Shown: positions 51,341-64,000 of the stretch, piece by piece
Position numbering within the stretch: the first letter of the stretch is position 1
Layout of the letters: every line of letters begins with the position of its first letter
NCBI RefSeq assembly: GCF_036321535.1
Contig: NC_087436.1
Location: forward strand, 19,036,001-19,100,000
Direction: 5' to 3'
DNA: 64,000 nt
Origin: Camelus dromedarius
Lineage: Eukaryota
Notes under the pieces: generated by a model
What the model was told of the DNA's origin: nothing
Seen by the model: the letters and a program-made list of their open reading frames with translations, nothing else
Database searches by the model: none
Program-made: the position numbers and the translations under genes

Positions 51341-53512
51341 GTAAATGTTAGTTTATTAACACCATGAAATAGGCATCCTGCTTTGAATATTCTTTGGTTA
51401 TAATATTTTTAGTTCAGTGTTGTAGGTAGCTGGTTTGACTATGTGTTGAGGAAGTTTAACTCCTCAAAAGTGTTTTATGTTTACAAGTAGGAGTATAAAA
51501 TTTAAATGAGTAATTGAGCGCAGGACAAGCTAAAGTAGTTGTTACTGGAATGTCCAAATCCAAGCGATGAGGGATCATTTTACTTTGGAATGGGGAAAAT
51601 GTTTCAAAGGAAAACAGCTTCTGAGTTTTTTACCATTTACATTTACAGATGGAATTCTAGTATGCTTCATTACTTTTTAAGTGATCAGATTATTGCTGTG
51701 CCTAATAGCTATTTTTTAAGCATATTGTACTAACATACAATATATTTGACACTGATAATTTGACGTTTTTAGATAAGCCTTTACATAGTTCATTAATAGT
51801 ATTTAACTGATCTTTAACAACTAAAGAAGATCACATTGTATTTCTTTCGTTTTTTTATTCTGTATTATATTATCAGAATGTGGTTCTTTTTGAAGGACTT
51901 GAAGTATCACTTATTATCATATCATAATTGCTTTGAGTAGCTAGGTAATAAAAGTGTCATTTATATATTCAAATAAACTTTTCTAGGGGGCAGTTTTTAC
52001 AGCTTTAGCTATGTATGAGGCTACAAATAAACAAAATTATCAGGGGACAGAGAATGTTAATCTGCTCAATATTATTTTCTGCTTCAGATATCAAGTTCTG
52101 TTATATGGAAGAATAGCTTTAGTTCAAAATTGCGTACATCCCTAAGATACTGATTTCTTTTAGAGTATCTTTCAAGCATCACCAGTTGATGTTTACTGTC
52201 ACTTTGTCAGCACAGTGGCAAATAGGACTATCAGTTACCATGTTCAACGAGTTTGGATTATAAAGAAACAGAGAGCCATCTATTTTCATATCTTTCATAT
52301 CTCCCGCCTCATTTTAAATTGTATTATAACTCAGTTAAAGTAAATCAGCATTTTCCCAATCTTAGGTTTTCATCTTGAACGTATTCCAAAATTATCTTCC
52401 AAAGGTGCCTTTACAAACTACCAAGATATTTATTATGTGCAAAATTAGCATCTGGATTTGCACAATGGTCAGGCCCTCGAAATCTATGTAACAAGATGAA
52501 GATGTTTACTCAGGATATAATATTTCATGATAACATCATGGAAATTTAGGCCCCTTTAGTTGAGTTTTTCCTCTGCTTCTCTCATTTTGTTTACTTTTGG
52601 TTAATTTTGTGATAGTATTTTGTTTTCTCTTCAAAACATTTTGCTCCTCTGTAATCAGTCAAATTCTTTTCAGAGGTTTGCAAATTAAACTTTCTGAAGA
52701 TGCCACTTGCCAAATAAATGGTTATCTGACTAATAGGAATAGGCAAGAAAGAGAAGGAAAGGAAGGTGACCCTCTTTCCTTCTAGGTAGCAAATTGGGTT
52801 TTAAGATCTTCTTCCTGATTCAAGAAAAAGAGACAAGGATTTGGTGTTATAGAGAGACAACTATACTTTACCTTCTCCTGAATGCCAAAAAATAAAAATA
52901 AAAAAGCAACAGAGAATACAGATGGAAATAGTAGGGGATGCCACTCCTTTTTATTTTTCTTTATTTATTTACTTATTTTTATTCTAGTACTGTCTTCCAC
53001 AGCAGGTCTCTAGGATGTGAAACTAGGAAAGGAAAGAGGGTTTTAACCATATTTTATTTAAAAGGAATATTGATGTCAATAAAGTTTAAAATTTGGGAAT
53101 TGAAGAAAAATGCAGTTGAAAGGAACGTTAAAAAATTGTTTACTAGATGCAAAAAGGATCTCAAATTTACACTGAAACCAAATCTAAATCAATAAAAAAA
53201 AAGGAGGAAAGATGTCAAAGGTCAACAGACCACAGAAATGCCAATTTCTTAGGCATTTATGTCTCTCTGTCCTTTAAAAGTTTTGTTTAAAATATTATTT
53301 TCACATCTGGTGTTTAAACGTAGCAGTTCTAAATAGACTTTAAAAAATCTTTGTCAGAGAAAAGCATAGGAGTCATGACATTGCAGCTCTGGCTCTTAGG
53401 GGAGCTGATTTCTTCCTCAGCTGGAAATTTGCTATTGCTATTAATGCCTGTGTAATCTTTTGCAGGTTACCTAACTTTGATAATCTTTGATTTCCACAAC
53501 TATTTGCAGATG

Positions 53513-53557
<45 letters not shown>
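53513..53557. repeat. (AAT)n microsatellite at the end of a MIR-like fragment
   Basis: About 15 uninterrupted AAT units. Confidence 0.95.
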
Positions 53558-54559
53558 GGAAATTCCCATTGAAATTGAAAGAGATTCTCTATATGAAACA
53601 CATGTAGACAGTCTTCACTTTAGCTATCATTGATCATTTTTCTTTGGCTTTTAAAGCATTTACTAATAATATAAATTACCTAATTATTTTGCATTAACTT
53701 TAAGTGTTGATTTATGTAGTAATATTATTTCCCTTAAATATGTATAGTTCCACATTTTACTTTGTACTGGGTATTATTTTTCTTCGTGTTTAAAAGACAA
53801 AGTTTTTAATAAGAGATACATTTCAAACTTAGTAATGCTAACCAATGAGGGGGCTGTTAAAAAAAATTTCAACTTACAGCAAACTTTTAAGAAATTGTTT
53901 ATGTTGTATTAAGCAACATAATTTGCATTATGCTCAGCTATCTCATCAGCTATTTCAGTTTTTTTAAATGTCTAAAAATTGCTTAAACTTATGATTACTA
54001 TAAGATTGCTTTAAGTACAAACCTACTGTTTTAGAAATGTATAGAATATAGCCAGAGAATATGACTCTTCCTACAATAGCTCATAAACCTGGACGTACAC
54101 AATGGCATTTTATTTAATAATCATTTGGAAAATTTAGTAACGAAGAGCAAAATGACAAAGGGGAATAAGCACCCAGGTACCACAGAAGTTGAATCAGTTG
54201 GAACCAAAAGTCAGTGAGATGAACAATGACCCAGCCACATCACCTGTAATTCAAGGAGCAAGATGTTTTTATCATGTTGAGTTTTGTTTCTGATATTGTG
54301 TTCTGTCTGTATCAAGAAAAGCATATGTGGGAAGAACCAAAACTAATATGACCCTTTTCCATTCTCCATTATAGTTAAAAATTATCCTCAAAATACTGAT
54401 ATTGCTACAATCATATAAAAATTATCCCCCTGACTCATATCCATACCCTATTCTGTTTTCTATGTTGGAAAAAGAAGATGTTATAATAAACAATGTCATC
54501 TTCTCAGTTCTTAAAGCAAATCAGTATGGGCTCACAAGTACTCTTGCTTTTCTAAGGTA

Positions 54560-57500
54560 TTCAGTGTCCTTGGGGTTCTTCCATGTTGTAGCATATATAA
54601 CAATTTCCTTCCTTTTTAAGGCTAAACAATATTCCATTGTATGTATATACCACATTTTGCTTATCCATTTGTCTCTTGATGAACACTTGGGTTGCTTCCA
54701 TGTTTTCCCTATTATGAATAACGTTGCTGTGAATGTGGGTGTAGAAATATCTCTTCAAGTCCCGGTTTTCAATTCCTTTCAGGTTTACTGAATGGTGGAA
54801 TTGCTAAATAATTTGATAATTCTATTTTCATTCGTTCATATGATGTATTACATCAATCAATTTTAGTATATTGAAATATTCTTGCATTCCATTTAGCCAC
54901 AGTGTATAATCCTCTTAATATGCTGCTGGATTTAGTTCACTCATATTTTGTTGAATCAGTGTTCATAAGGGATATTGAAACTGTAGTTTTCTTTCCTTGT
55001 GGTGTCTTTGTCTGGCTTTGGTATTATGGCAATGAGTTAGGAATGAGTTAGGAATGAGTTAGGACATGTTCCCTCCTTTACAATTTTTGGATAAGTTTGA
55101 GAAGGGTTGGTGTTAGTCCTTTAAATTTTTGATAGAATCTGCTGGTAAAGCCATCAGATCTAGGGCTTTTCTTTGTTGGGAGATTTCATATTACTGGTTC
55201 ATCATCTTTACTAACTATAGGCCAATTCAGGTTAATTATTTCTTCACAATTCAGTCTTGGTAGGTTTTGTTTCTAGGAATTTGTCCATTTCATCTAGGTT
55301 ATCCAGTTTGTTATACAGAGTTGTATATAGTGCTCTCTTAGAATCCTTTTTATCTCTGTAGAATTGGTAGTAATATCCCCATTTTCATCTCTGATTTTAG
55401 TAATTTGAGTCTTCTCTTTTTTTTCCTTAGTTAATCTAGCTAAAGATTTTTCAATTTTGTTGACCTTTTCAAAGAATCAACTTTTGGTTTTATTGAGTTT
55501 TTAGTATTGTTTTCCTATCCTTTATTTCATTTATCTCTCTCCTAACCTTTATTTTTCCCTTCTGCAAGCTTTGGGTTTAGTTTGTTCTTTTTCTAATTCA
55601 TTAAATTATTAGTTTAGAGTGTTGATTTTGAGATCTTTTTTGTTTTTAAAATTTTTTTGAGATCTTTTTTGTTTGTAAAATTTAAGCATTGCTAGTTATA
55701 AATTTCCCCTTTAGAACTGCTTTCACTGCATTCCATAAGTTTTGCTATGTTGTGTTTTCATTTTCATTCATCTCTAAGTATTTTCTAATTTCTCTTGTGA
55801 TTTCTTTATTGATCCATTGATTGTGTTATCTAATTTCCACAAATATGTGAATTTTCTGATTTTCCCTCCCTTACTGACTTCTAACTTCATCCAGTTGTGG
55901 CCAGAGAAGATACTTTGTATGATATATATCTTTTAAAATCAGTTGAGACTTAATTTGTGGCCTAATACATGGTCTACCTTGGAAAATGTCCTATGTGTCT
56001 TTGGGAAGATTGTGTATTCTGCTGTTGCTGGGTAGAGTGTTCTGTATATGTCTGTTATATCCAGTTGGCTTATTGTGTTGTTCAAGTCCTCCATTTCCTC
56101 ACTTATCTTCCGTTTGGTTGTTCTGTCCATTATTGAGAGTCAGGTATTGAAATCTACAGCTATCATGGTGAACTGTCTATTTCTTCCTTCAATTCTGTCC
56201 ATTTTTGCTTTATTTATTTTGATGGTCTGTTACTAAATGCATGAATGTTTATGGTGGTTATATTTTCTTGCTGTATTGAAAATGTTATTAATATATTGTG
56301 TTCTTCTTTATCACCTGTTATAATGTATTGTGTCCTTCTTTATCTCATAAACATTTTTGATTTCAAATCTATTTTGTCTGATATTAATATAACCATCTCT
56401 GCTCTCTTTCTGTTACAATTTGCACAGAATAGCTTTTCCCATCTTTTCACTTTCAACCTATTTGTGTCTTTGGATGTAAAGTGAATTTCTTGTAGACAGC
56501 ACATTGTTAGACCATGTTTTTTTAAATTCATTCTACCTGTCTCTGTCTTTTGATTGGAGAGTGTAATCCACTTACATTTAAAGTAATTACTACTAAGGAG
56601 GAACTTACTTCTGTCATTTGCTATTTGTTTTTTATATGCCTTATAGCTTTTTTTCCCTCATTTTCTGCATTACTGTCTTCTTTTATGTTTAGCTGATTTT
56701 TTTTTGTTGTGAAACATTTAAATTCCCTTCTCATTTCCTTTTGTGTATATTCTATAACTATTTTCTTTGTAGTTACCATGAGGATTACATCTGACATCCT
56801 AAAGTTATACTGCTCTATTTTGAATTTATACTAGCTTAACTTCACTGATGTACAAAACCTTTGCTCCTTGACAGCTCCATCCCTACCACTTTTGATTATT
56901 GATGTCACAAAATTACATATTTATAAATTTTGTGTTAAAAAACATTAATAATTTTTGTTGTTGAAAGACAACTTTTTTTAGTTTTAGGTTCACAGCAAAA
57001 TTGAAGGGAAGGTATACAGATTTCCCACATATCCCTTGCTCCCACACATACATTAATAATTGTTTTTTAATGCAGTATCCTAAATTATGTAGAAAACAAA
57101 ATAGGAATTACAAATCAAAGTGATAATAATACTAGTTCTTAGAATAATTATTTTTATAAGTGTTTTAATTTCTTAAGTTATGTAGAAAACAAAATACAAA
57201 GTTACCAACTATTGTTACAAAAATTCTAGCTTTTATAATTGACTGTGTGTTTACCTTTACAGAGACCTTGATTTCTTCATATGATTTCTAGTTACTGTCT
57301 AGTGTCCTTTTGTTTCAACCTGCGGGGCTCCTTTTAGCATTTGCTGCAAGGAAGTTCCCATAGAAAGAAACTTCCTCAGCTTTTGTTTATCCAAGAATGT
57401 CTTAATTTCTCCCTCACTTTTGAAGGACAGTTTTGCCAGATGTAGGATTATTGGTTGACAGTTTTTCTCTTTTAGCATTTTCAAATATAAAAGATCCTTC

Positions 57501-58825
57501 TTTCTGGCCTTCAAAGTTTCTGGTGAGAAATCTGCTTATAAATAATCCTGTGTTTGTGATGAATTTCTTCTCTGCCTCCACTTTCAAGGTTCACTCTTTG
57601 TCTTTGCCTTTGGGAGTTTGATTATAATGTGTCTGAGTGTAGATTTCTTTGAATTTTCCTACCTACAGTTTGTCAAACTTCTCTAATTTTTATATTCATA
57701 ATGTTTATAAAATTCGGGAAATTTTGCCATTTTTCTTTAAATAATCTTTCTACTCACCTCTCTCTCTTTTCCTTCCTTCCTTCCTATGTTTTCTTTCTGT
57801 TTATTGCTATTTCCATTTAGTTCATACATCTTTTTCTTGACTTCTTTTTTTATCTTCCTTTAGTTCTTCTAGCATCTATAAGACACTTATTTTAAGAGCT
57901 TTCTCCAGCAGATCTGCCGTCTGGTCTTTCTCAGGGATGGCTTCAGTTGCTTTATTTTTTTCCCTTCAATGGACCATACTTTCATGGGGTTTGTTTTTTT
58001 GTTTTTTTGTTATTTTTGTATGCCTTGTAAGTTTTTGTTGAAAATTAGACATTTGAATCTATTAATGTGGCAACTCTGGTAATCAGATCCTTTTCCTTTC
58101 TCAGGGTTTGCTGCTTTTTGTTTTTGTTTTATTTTGTTTTGTTTTAGTGTTGTAAGCTGTTTCTGATCCTCTTACGAGGATCAACCTGAAGTGAAAATTA
58201 AGGTCTTCTCAGGTCTTTTCTGAGCCTGTGCCTTCCCTTGGGCGTGTGTGGTGACTTTCTAATTTCCCCTATATACCAGTGGCTTTCAAATGTCCTAATG
58301 TTTAATGACTGGTTCTCAAAAGGTGAGAAAAAAAAAAAATGAAAAGTGGAGGAACGGTGCTAGAGAGGCATTGTCCCTTTGAATCCCCTGAAAGTTGCTT
58401 TAGCCCGAAGAATGGGCTTATAAGAATGGGAGTCTGTGTGCAACAATGGCTGCTCCCACCCCCATGTCTGTCTCTCCATGATCAGAAGCAACAATCAACA
58501 ATTAGAAAACAGAGCCCCAATATTTGGAGGACAGGGTCCTTCTCATCTACCCTGGATCCTGCAAATTGTTTGAAAGCTGGTCCAGGAACAATAAGATGGA
58601 TGCCTATGATGGAGACTGGTGGTGGGGATGAGTAGGTGCTGGTGGGCTAAGAGTTGAAATTCAGCAAAGTTAACCACAGTTTACTGTCCAAGCCTTCCCC
58701 TGTAAGTTGGAAGACTTCAATAGACTCCAGAGTTCCAAGATAGTTACATCAGACTGCAGTTGTTGTCTAGGCTGGGAGACAGCTTCCAGGTGCTTCTTAC
58801 TCCGCCATTTTCCCCAAATCCTCTT
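54560..58825 (-). mobile_element. Old L1M element, antisense in a TTC29 intron, with a large internal ORF2 deletion
   Basis: ORF1 remnant (KNCQPIILHLAKLSFKSEGEIKTF, 57299-57514); endonuclease remnants (CCLQEIHF..KDTNRLKVKRWEK, 56340-56531; MDRTTKRKISEEMEDLNNTISQLD, 55939-56130); ORF2-end sequence at 54560-54830 abuts pre-RT sequence. Confidence 0.9.
56954..57049 (-). mobile_element. Short L1 3'-end insertion nested in the older L1
   Basis: agttttaggttcacagcaaaattgaa...cagatttccca flanked by a perfect 12-bp TSD acattaataatt (56942-56953, 57050-57061). Confidence 0.85.
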
Positions 58826-60684
58826 CATTATCATACTCTTTTGAAATAAAAAAAAATTAATGTCTAGTTATAAGAAATAAGAATAAATATATTTGTAGGA
58901 AATATTTTTTCTTGATTATTTTTAATTAGATTATTTGGAAACTTTCACAACTTTGTATTGGGATGAGTTTTTGAGATCATTTTAAATACTCTGTTCTTTC
59001 ATCTGGAAGCATGTGTTTACAAATATACATACTTTTACATATTGATATAGAGTATTTGTCTGTATGTATGTATGTGTGTGTGTGTGTATTATATGTATAT
59101 CTCCTCAGACTCTGTGATTTAACTGTTAATCCCAATTTTCTACATACCACTATATAAAAATCTTTCTATGCATTTTAAGCACTTTTATTCAAGCTAATGT
59201 GGAAGCACACTAAGCAAAATCATATATTGCTAGAAAACTCAGATATTGAAGAATAGGTCCTCTTCATCGTAATTCATACCCTGGACAAAACTTGACAGTT
59301 CCTTTATAATGATAATTACAGAGATACCCTATTTATTTAGATATTAGATTTAGGGTAATCAACATCGGGATATGTATGCAAACGTTGACATAAATGGAAA
59401 AGCTCTGGAAAAATAGCCTTCCATTTTAACATCAAGAGAAATGTGGATCCATCTTTAGACAAGTCAATTGACCTAGAAATGTATAAAAAATTAGATTTTC
59501 CTACTTAACAAGCTTGGCTATATTGTTTTCTGTGGAAACCTTGTTTTTACAACTTCGTTGAATCAAAACTGTAAGGAGGAAGCTAACATACTGAAATGAC
59601 AGTAGATTTGAAGGAAGATAAAGAGTTGGCCTCTGTTAAAAGGTCAAACTTTTGGGGAACATGGCTTGGAAGGACAGTTATTGACTAGGCTCTACAGGGA
59701 CCCTTTTCAACACGTTTACGTTGTGTTGGAATTAAATAATTGAAATGTGGTAAGAAAGTATTGTTTTGTTCACCTTACTCTGTTTCATATGGCAGGAAAA
59801 TGAGAAATACAGTTTAGAAAAGCTTAGTAATATGTTTTAATTGCTATTTTTGGTTTCATTCTAGGTTTTTGTATTTAAAATTTTTGGTTGTTTGGAAAGT
59901 CAACAATGTGGATCACCTCAGTTTTTTAATTAATTAAATGAATGTATTAATTTATTTTTGTTTGTTTTCAAAATTGGAATGGTACTCTTCTTAGAGTTAT
60001 TAAGCTACTTTTTCTCCAGTTAGTAATATGTTGTAACTGTCCTAATAGGGGTGCCATAATATAATTGATTGCTCCTCATTATCATAATTAACTACTATAA
60101 TGTCTTCCAAAACCCTTAGGTATCAATGAGAAAGCATCTTTCCAAGCTTCTTTTGCTCTTTAATTTTTTTTCATTATGTTCGCATTATTTCTAAAGGATC
60201 AGAAGTTATTTAGTCAAACTCATTTTGAAGAGCTTAAATTTTATTCTAGACATATTGTGAACTCATCAGAGCATTTTAAGCAGGGAAATTACATGATGTA
60301 ATTTCATTTTAAAAGGATCACTCAGGCTGCTCTGTGGATATTTGCGTAGGCAGCAGCCCGACAGAGATAATGGGGGCTTGACCAGGGTAGATGTGGAAAT
60401 GTTGAGAAATGGTCTGATTTAGAATATATTTTGGTGATGGGGGGTTGGAGGTTACCGATAGAATGAATGTGGAGAGTGAGTAAAGGCAGTAGTCAAAGCT
60501 GACAACGCCTTCTGAACTGACTTGAGTACCCAACTAATGTCTTGTTTACTGTTTGGTCTCCAGTATCTATAATATCATCTAGCACCTAGTAGGCATTAAA
60601 TCAATATTTTTAAACTAAGCCAACTACACTTCTGCCAATGTAATCTCCATTCCTTCTTTGAAATGTATTCTTTGTCAAAATAAT

Positions 60685-60922
60685 AATAATGTCTAATATT
60701 TGTTGAACACTTACTATATTTCAGACATCATTCTAAGTGCCTTACATGTATTGATTCATTTACTCCTAGAAAAATCTTTGTCAGTTGTATATACAGTTAA
60801 GGAAATTGAAGCACAGAGATATTAACTAACTTGCCCATGTTCACACAGCTAATAAGTAGAAGAGCAAGAATTTGAATATAGGCAATCTGGTCCCAGAGCC
60901 AATTCTTTAACCATTATACCAT
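60685..60922 (-). mobile_element. MIR SINE
   Basis: aacacttactat...ttctaagtgccttacatgta...ggaaattgaagcacagaga...aacttgccca...cacacagctaataag...ttaaccattata. Confidence 0.85.
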
Positions 60923-61677
60923 TTTGTCTCTGAAGTTACTCAGGTCTTCATTAGACAATGCTCTCTTTCGTCTCCCAGCTTTAGTGTATTCCCATCTCCT
61001 TGGCCTAGAATGCTTTTCCCCTTACTATTTCATGCCTAATTCTTACTCACTCTTAAATGGCTCAGTTATGTTAGATAACCTTGCTACTGTAACACCCTGT
61101 AATACCCAGAACCCCACCCATCATGGCACTTACCACACTGCATTGTCACTGCTAGTTGGTTTCCTCTACTAGACTAAAGCTTCAGGAGGGCTGGAGCCAG
61201 GGCTGCTTAGCTCATGTGTGCATCCTCAGTACTCATACAGGGTTCAGTTCACAGAGACTGATGCAGCTGATGAGCTGTATTTGATGAATGGTGATCTTTT
61301 ACCCCTTTGTAGCCTTGTACATTTGCTCTGCCTGAAATGCCCTTATCCTTCCCCCATACCTTGTGTACTTGGTAAACTTCTCTTCCAGCCTCAGCTTAAC
61401 TGTTTCTTGCTCTGTGAGGCCTCTCTTGATCCATCCTTACCCACATGGTAGGGTCCAGAGTTTCTGTTTAAACTCCCTTAATAGCCATTGATAATCACAT
61501 ACATCTAGGATTTTTTTTTTCTTCTTCATTAATGTTGAAAAATACAAAAAAACTATAGATTGTGATTCCTTAGTGAGTAGTGGTTACCCATCAGTTTGGA
61601 GATCATGACCATCATTTAAAATACGAAAGAGATTGTAGTAAAATAAAATAGAAATGGGTGCACTGCACAGAGGGGGC

Positions 61678-61905
61678 TGCCAGGTATAATGAAGTAGAGC
61701 ACAGGTTTTGAAACCCAACTCCTTGGACTCAAATCCCACCTCTACTTTTACCAACGAAGTAACTAGTCAACTTTGGCCAAGTTGCTTAACCTTTGTATAC
61801 TTCAGTTTTCTCATCTGAAAAACTAGGGATATTGATAATAGGGCCTGGGTCATGAAACAGTTATGAGGATTAATTGAGTTAATATTTATAAAGAGGTTAG
61901 AATAT
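61678..61905 (+). mobile_element. MIR SINE
   Basis: tcaaatcccacctctact...caagttgcttaacct...cagttttctcatctgaaaa...atgaggattaattgagttaata. Confidence 0.8.
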
Positions 61906-63159
61906 TTTGAGTATTAGTGCTTTTAAACTGTTGTCTCACATAGATACATATATGAAATATATATGTGCATGTACTGAATTGCAATGTAAAACGTCCTTCT
62001 TACTGTGAACTGCCATAAGGAAAGGACTCTGCTCTAGACTTAGAGTTCTTTGAAAACGGTTTCATTCTCCTGTAAGATTCTTCTGACTTACATAAAATAA
62101 CTTTTATTTCTTGCTAACTTTCATTCTCAAGAGGACTGAAGAAACATAAAGTTAACATTTTATATTACATAGCTATCAGATTATATATAGAAAATGAAAG
62201 GCAACTAAAGAAGTATGTCAATATGCTCCCCACTAGAGTTAATACAGTTTTCCTCAAGAAATTTCACTCTGAACTGGGCATACTGGGCAAAAAGGGAGCT
62301 GTGATGGACGATAGAATTCTCATTAGCTGATGAAAGGGAACATAGCAGTTCTTCAAGAGAGACAAACTTTTTCCTGATACTAAATTCGAAAAGAAAGTTA
62401 TCCCATGACCTTGTATAAGAAAAACAGAGCAACATAATAGAACTTTGCCCACCTAATGAACACTGAGAAGGGTATATAGACAGCTTGACACAAATATTGC
62501 ATCTCTTAGCTAGGTTTTATTTCAGGCAAAAATAGTAATGGGTAAAATATATTAAATTAATACTGTGTACTGGTCTGTGTTTTAAGTGATCCTCACAATA
62601 AACTTGTGAAGAGTTGTTATTACTCCCAGAGACCAAGGCTTAGGGAGGTTAAGTAGTTTGACAAAGGCAATCTAATGTTATAAAGAAGCAGAAACAATGA
62701 GATAGAAAAAAAATGATTCATAGAAGGAAAGAATGAATAAGCTAGAAAGGAAATGAGTCAGACATACATCAGAGATCAGATTTCTAGGTTCCTCTAGACG
62801 CCTTACTACTATGGGTCTAGAACCTCCCTCTGGGTTCGTCTCTTAAGGATGCAATTATTCTATAAATCCTGATTCATATTTCCATAAAATCCTCTTAAGC
62901 TTGTCTGAAACAATCTCTTATCCTGCAACCAAAGTAGCCAGAGAAATAGAACAAGGGAATTGTCTCAAAAGTTTAGATTAGAGCTTTTTCCACTCCAAGA
63001 TGAAGATGGATGGCTAAACACATTTTCTTCCTGCATTTGAAATGACCACACAGAAGTACTAAAGATGGTAAATTCTTAACATGATGAGAAAGAAGGGAAG
63101 AAAAATGAGTGATTCCAAGATTTTCAGAAATACATTTTCAGAAAATAGTTGGACTATTA

Positions 63160-64000
63160 CCAGGGATAAAAAGTGACATTTCATAAGGATAAAATAAGTT
63201 GGTTCATCAAGAAGGCATAATCCTAAATGTTTGTATTCCTATGACAGAACTTCAAAATACATAAAATAAAAACTGATAGAAAGAAAAGGAAAAGCAGTTT
63301 CCACAATTATAATTGGAGATTCTAGCATTGCTGTCTTAATAATTGATTAAAAAAATTAGTAGGCTATCCAAGACTTGAACAACAATACCATTGGTCAACT
63401 TAAATAGTTGACATTTACCTAACACTACATCAAACAACAGTAGAACACACGTTGTTTTCAAGTACATGTGGAACATTTATCAAAGGAGATGATATTCCAA
63501 GCCATAAACCAAATTTAAATATACTTAAAAGGATTTAAATTCTAAAATTTATTTCCTCTTGCAAGAGTAGAATTAAACTAGAAATAATGGCAGGAAGATA
63601 GCTGGAAAACCCCACAAATGTGGAAACAGCCTTCATATTTACTTCATATTTACTGTAGACTTCAAATAAACCATGGATCAAGTAGGAAATCACAAGCAAA
63701 TGAGAAAATACTTTGAACTGAATGAAAAAGAAAACATGGCATGTCAAAACTTGTAGGATGCAGCTAAAGCAGTGCTTAAAGGGAAGTTTATAGCATTAAA
63801 ATGTTGACATTAGAAAAATAGAAATTCTAAAATCATTACCCTAAACTTCCATTTTAAAAGACTAGAAAAAGCAGGGGAAAAGAAACAGTAAAATGAGAGC
63901 AGAAAACAGAAAAACAATAGAGAAAATAATAAAGCTAAAAACTAGTCTTTTGAAAAGCTCAATAAAATTGATCATCAGTTAGCCATACTGAACAGAGAGA
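63160..64000 (+). mobile_element. Degenerate L1M ORF2 endonuclease/linker region, running off the window end
   Basis: caattataattggagat, gacttgaacaac, ttttcaagtacatgtggaacatt, gatgcagctaaagcagtgcttaaagggaagtttatagca motifs. Confidence 0.85.

Noticed and set aside
47417..64000. Next TTC29 coding exon (expected to begin around YRNSYKKNIC)
   Set aside because: No matching sequence spotted; probably beyond the window end

Overview
Mammalian genomic DNA, most likely camelid (two tRNA-derived SINEs resemble the camelid Vic-1 family; no Alu, Bov-tA or PRE-1 seen). The only recognisable gene is the 5' part of TTC29, a sperm-flagellum/ciliary TPR protein, on the + strand: a CpG-island promoter at about 39.6-40.0 kb, two likely non-coding exons, and two coding exons (45395-45486, 47333-47416) that splice to MTTLPPLPMARPKLTALARQKLPCSSRDIPRSQLIKEKDDIDHYLEVNFKGLSKEEVA. 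The next exon was not found in the window. The upstream ~39 kb is intergenic, with L1, L2, MIR, MaLR/ERVL and hAT relics, a solo ERV1-type LTR and an RPL29 processed pseudogene. Almost all supplied ORFs are spurious. I found no convincing new multi-gene system. The most unusual items are: (1) an inverted U2 snRNA/L1 chimeric retrocopy inside one target-site duplication; (2) a 5'-complete but tailless RPL29 retrocopy with an unbroken frame and an ATG>ACG start; (3) an apparently disabled counterpart of the human TTC29 N-terminal-extension exon; (4) isolated internal L1 fragments; (5) an unexplained GC-richer island in TTC29 intron 2. Repeat family names and human comparisons come from recalled consensus sequences, not searches, and old-repeat boundaries are approximate.
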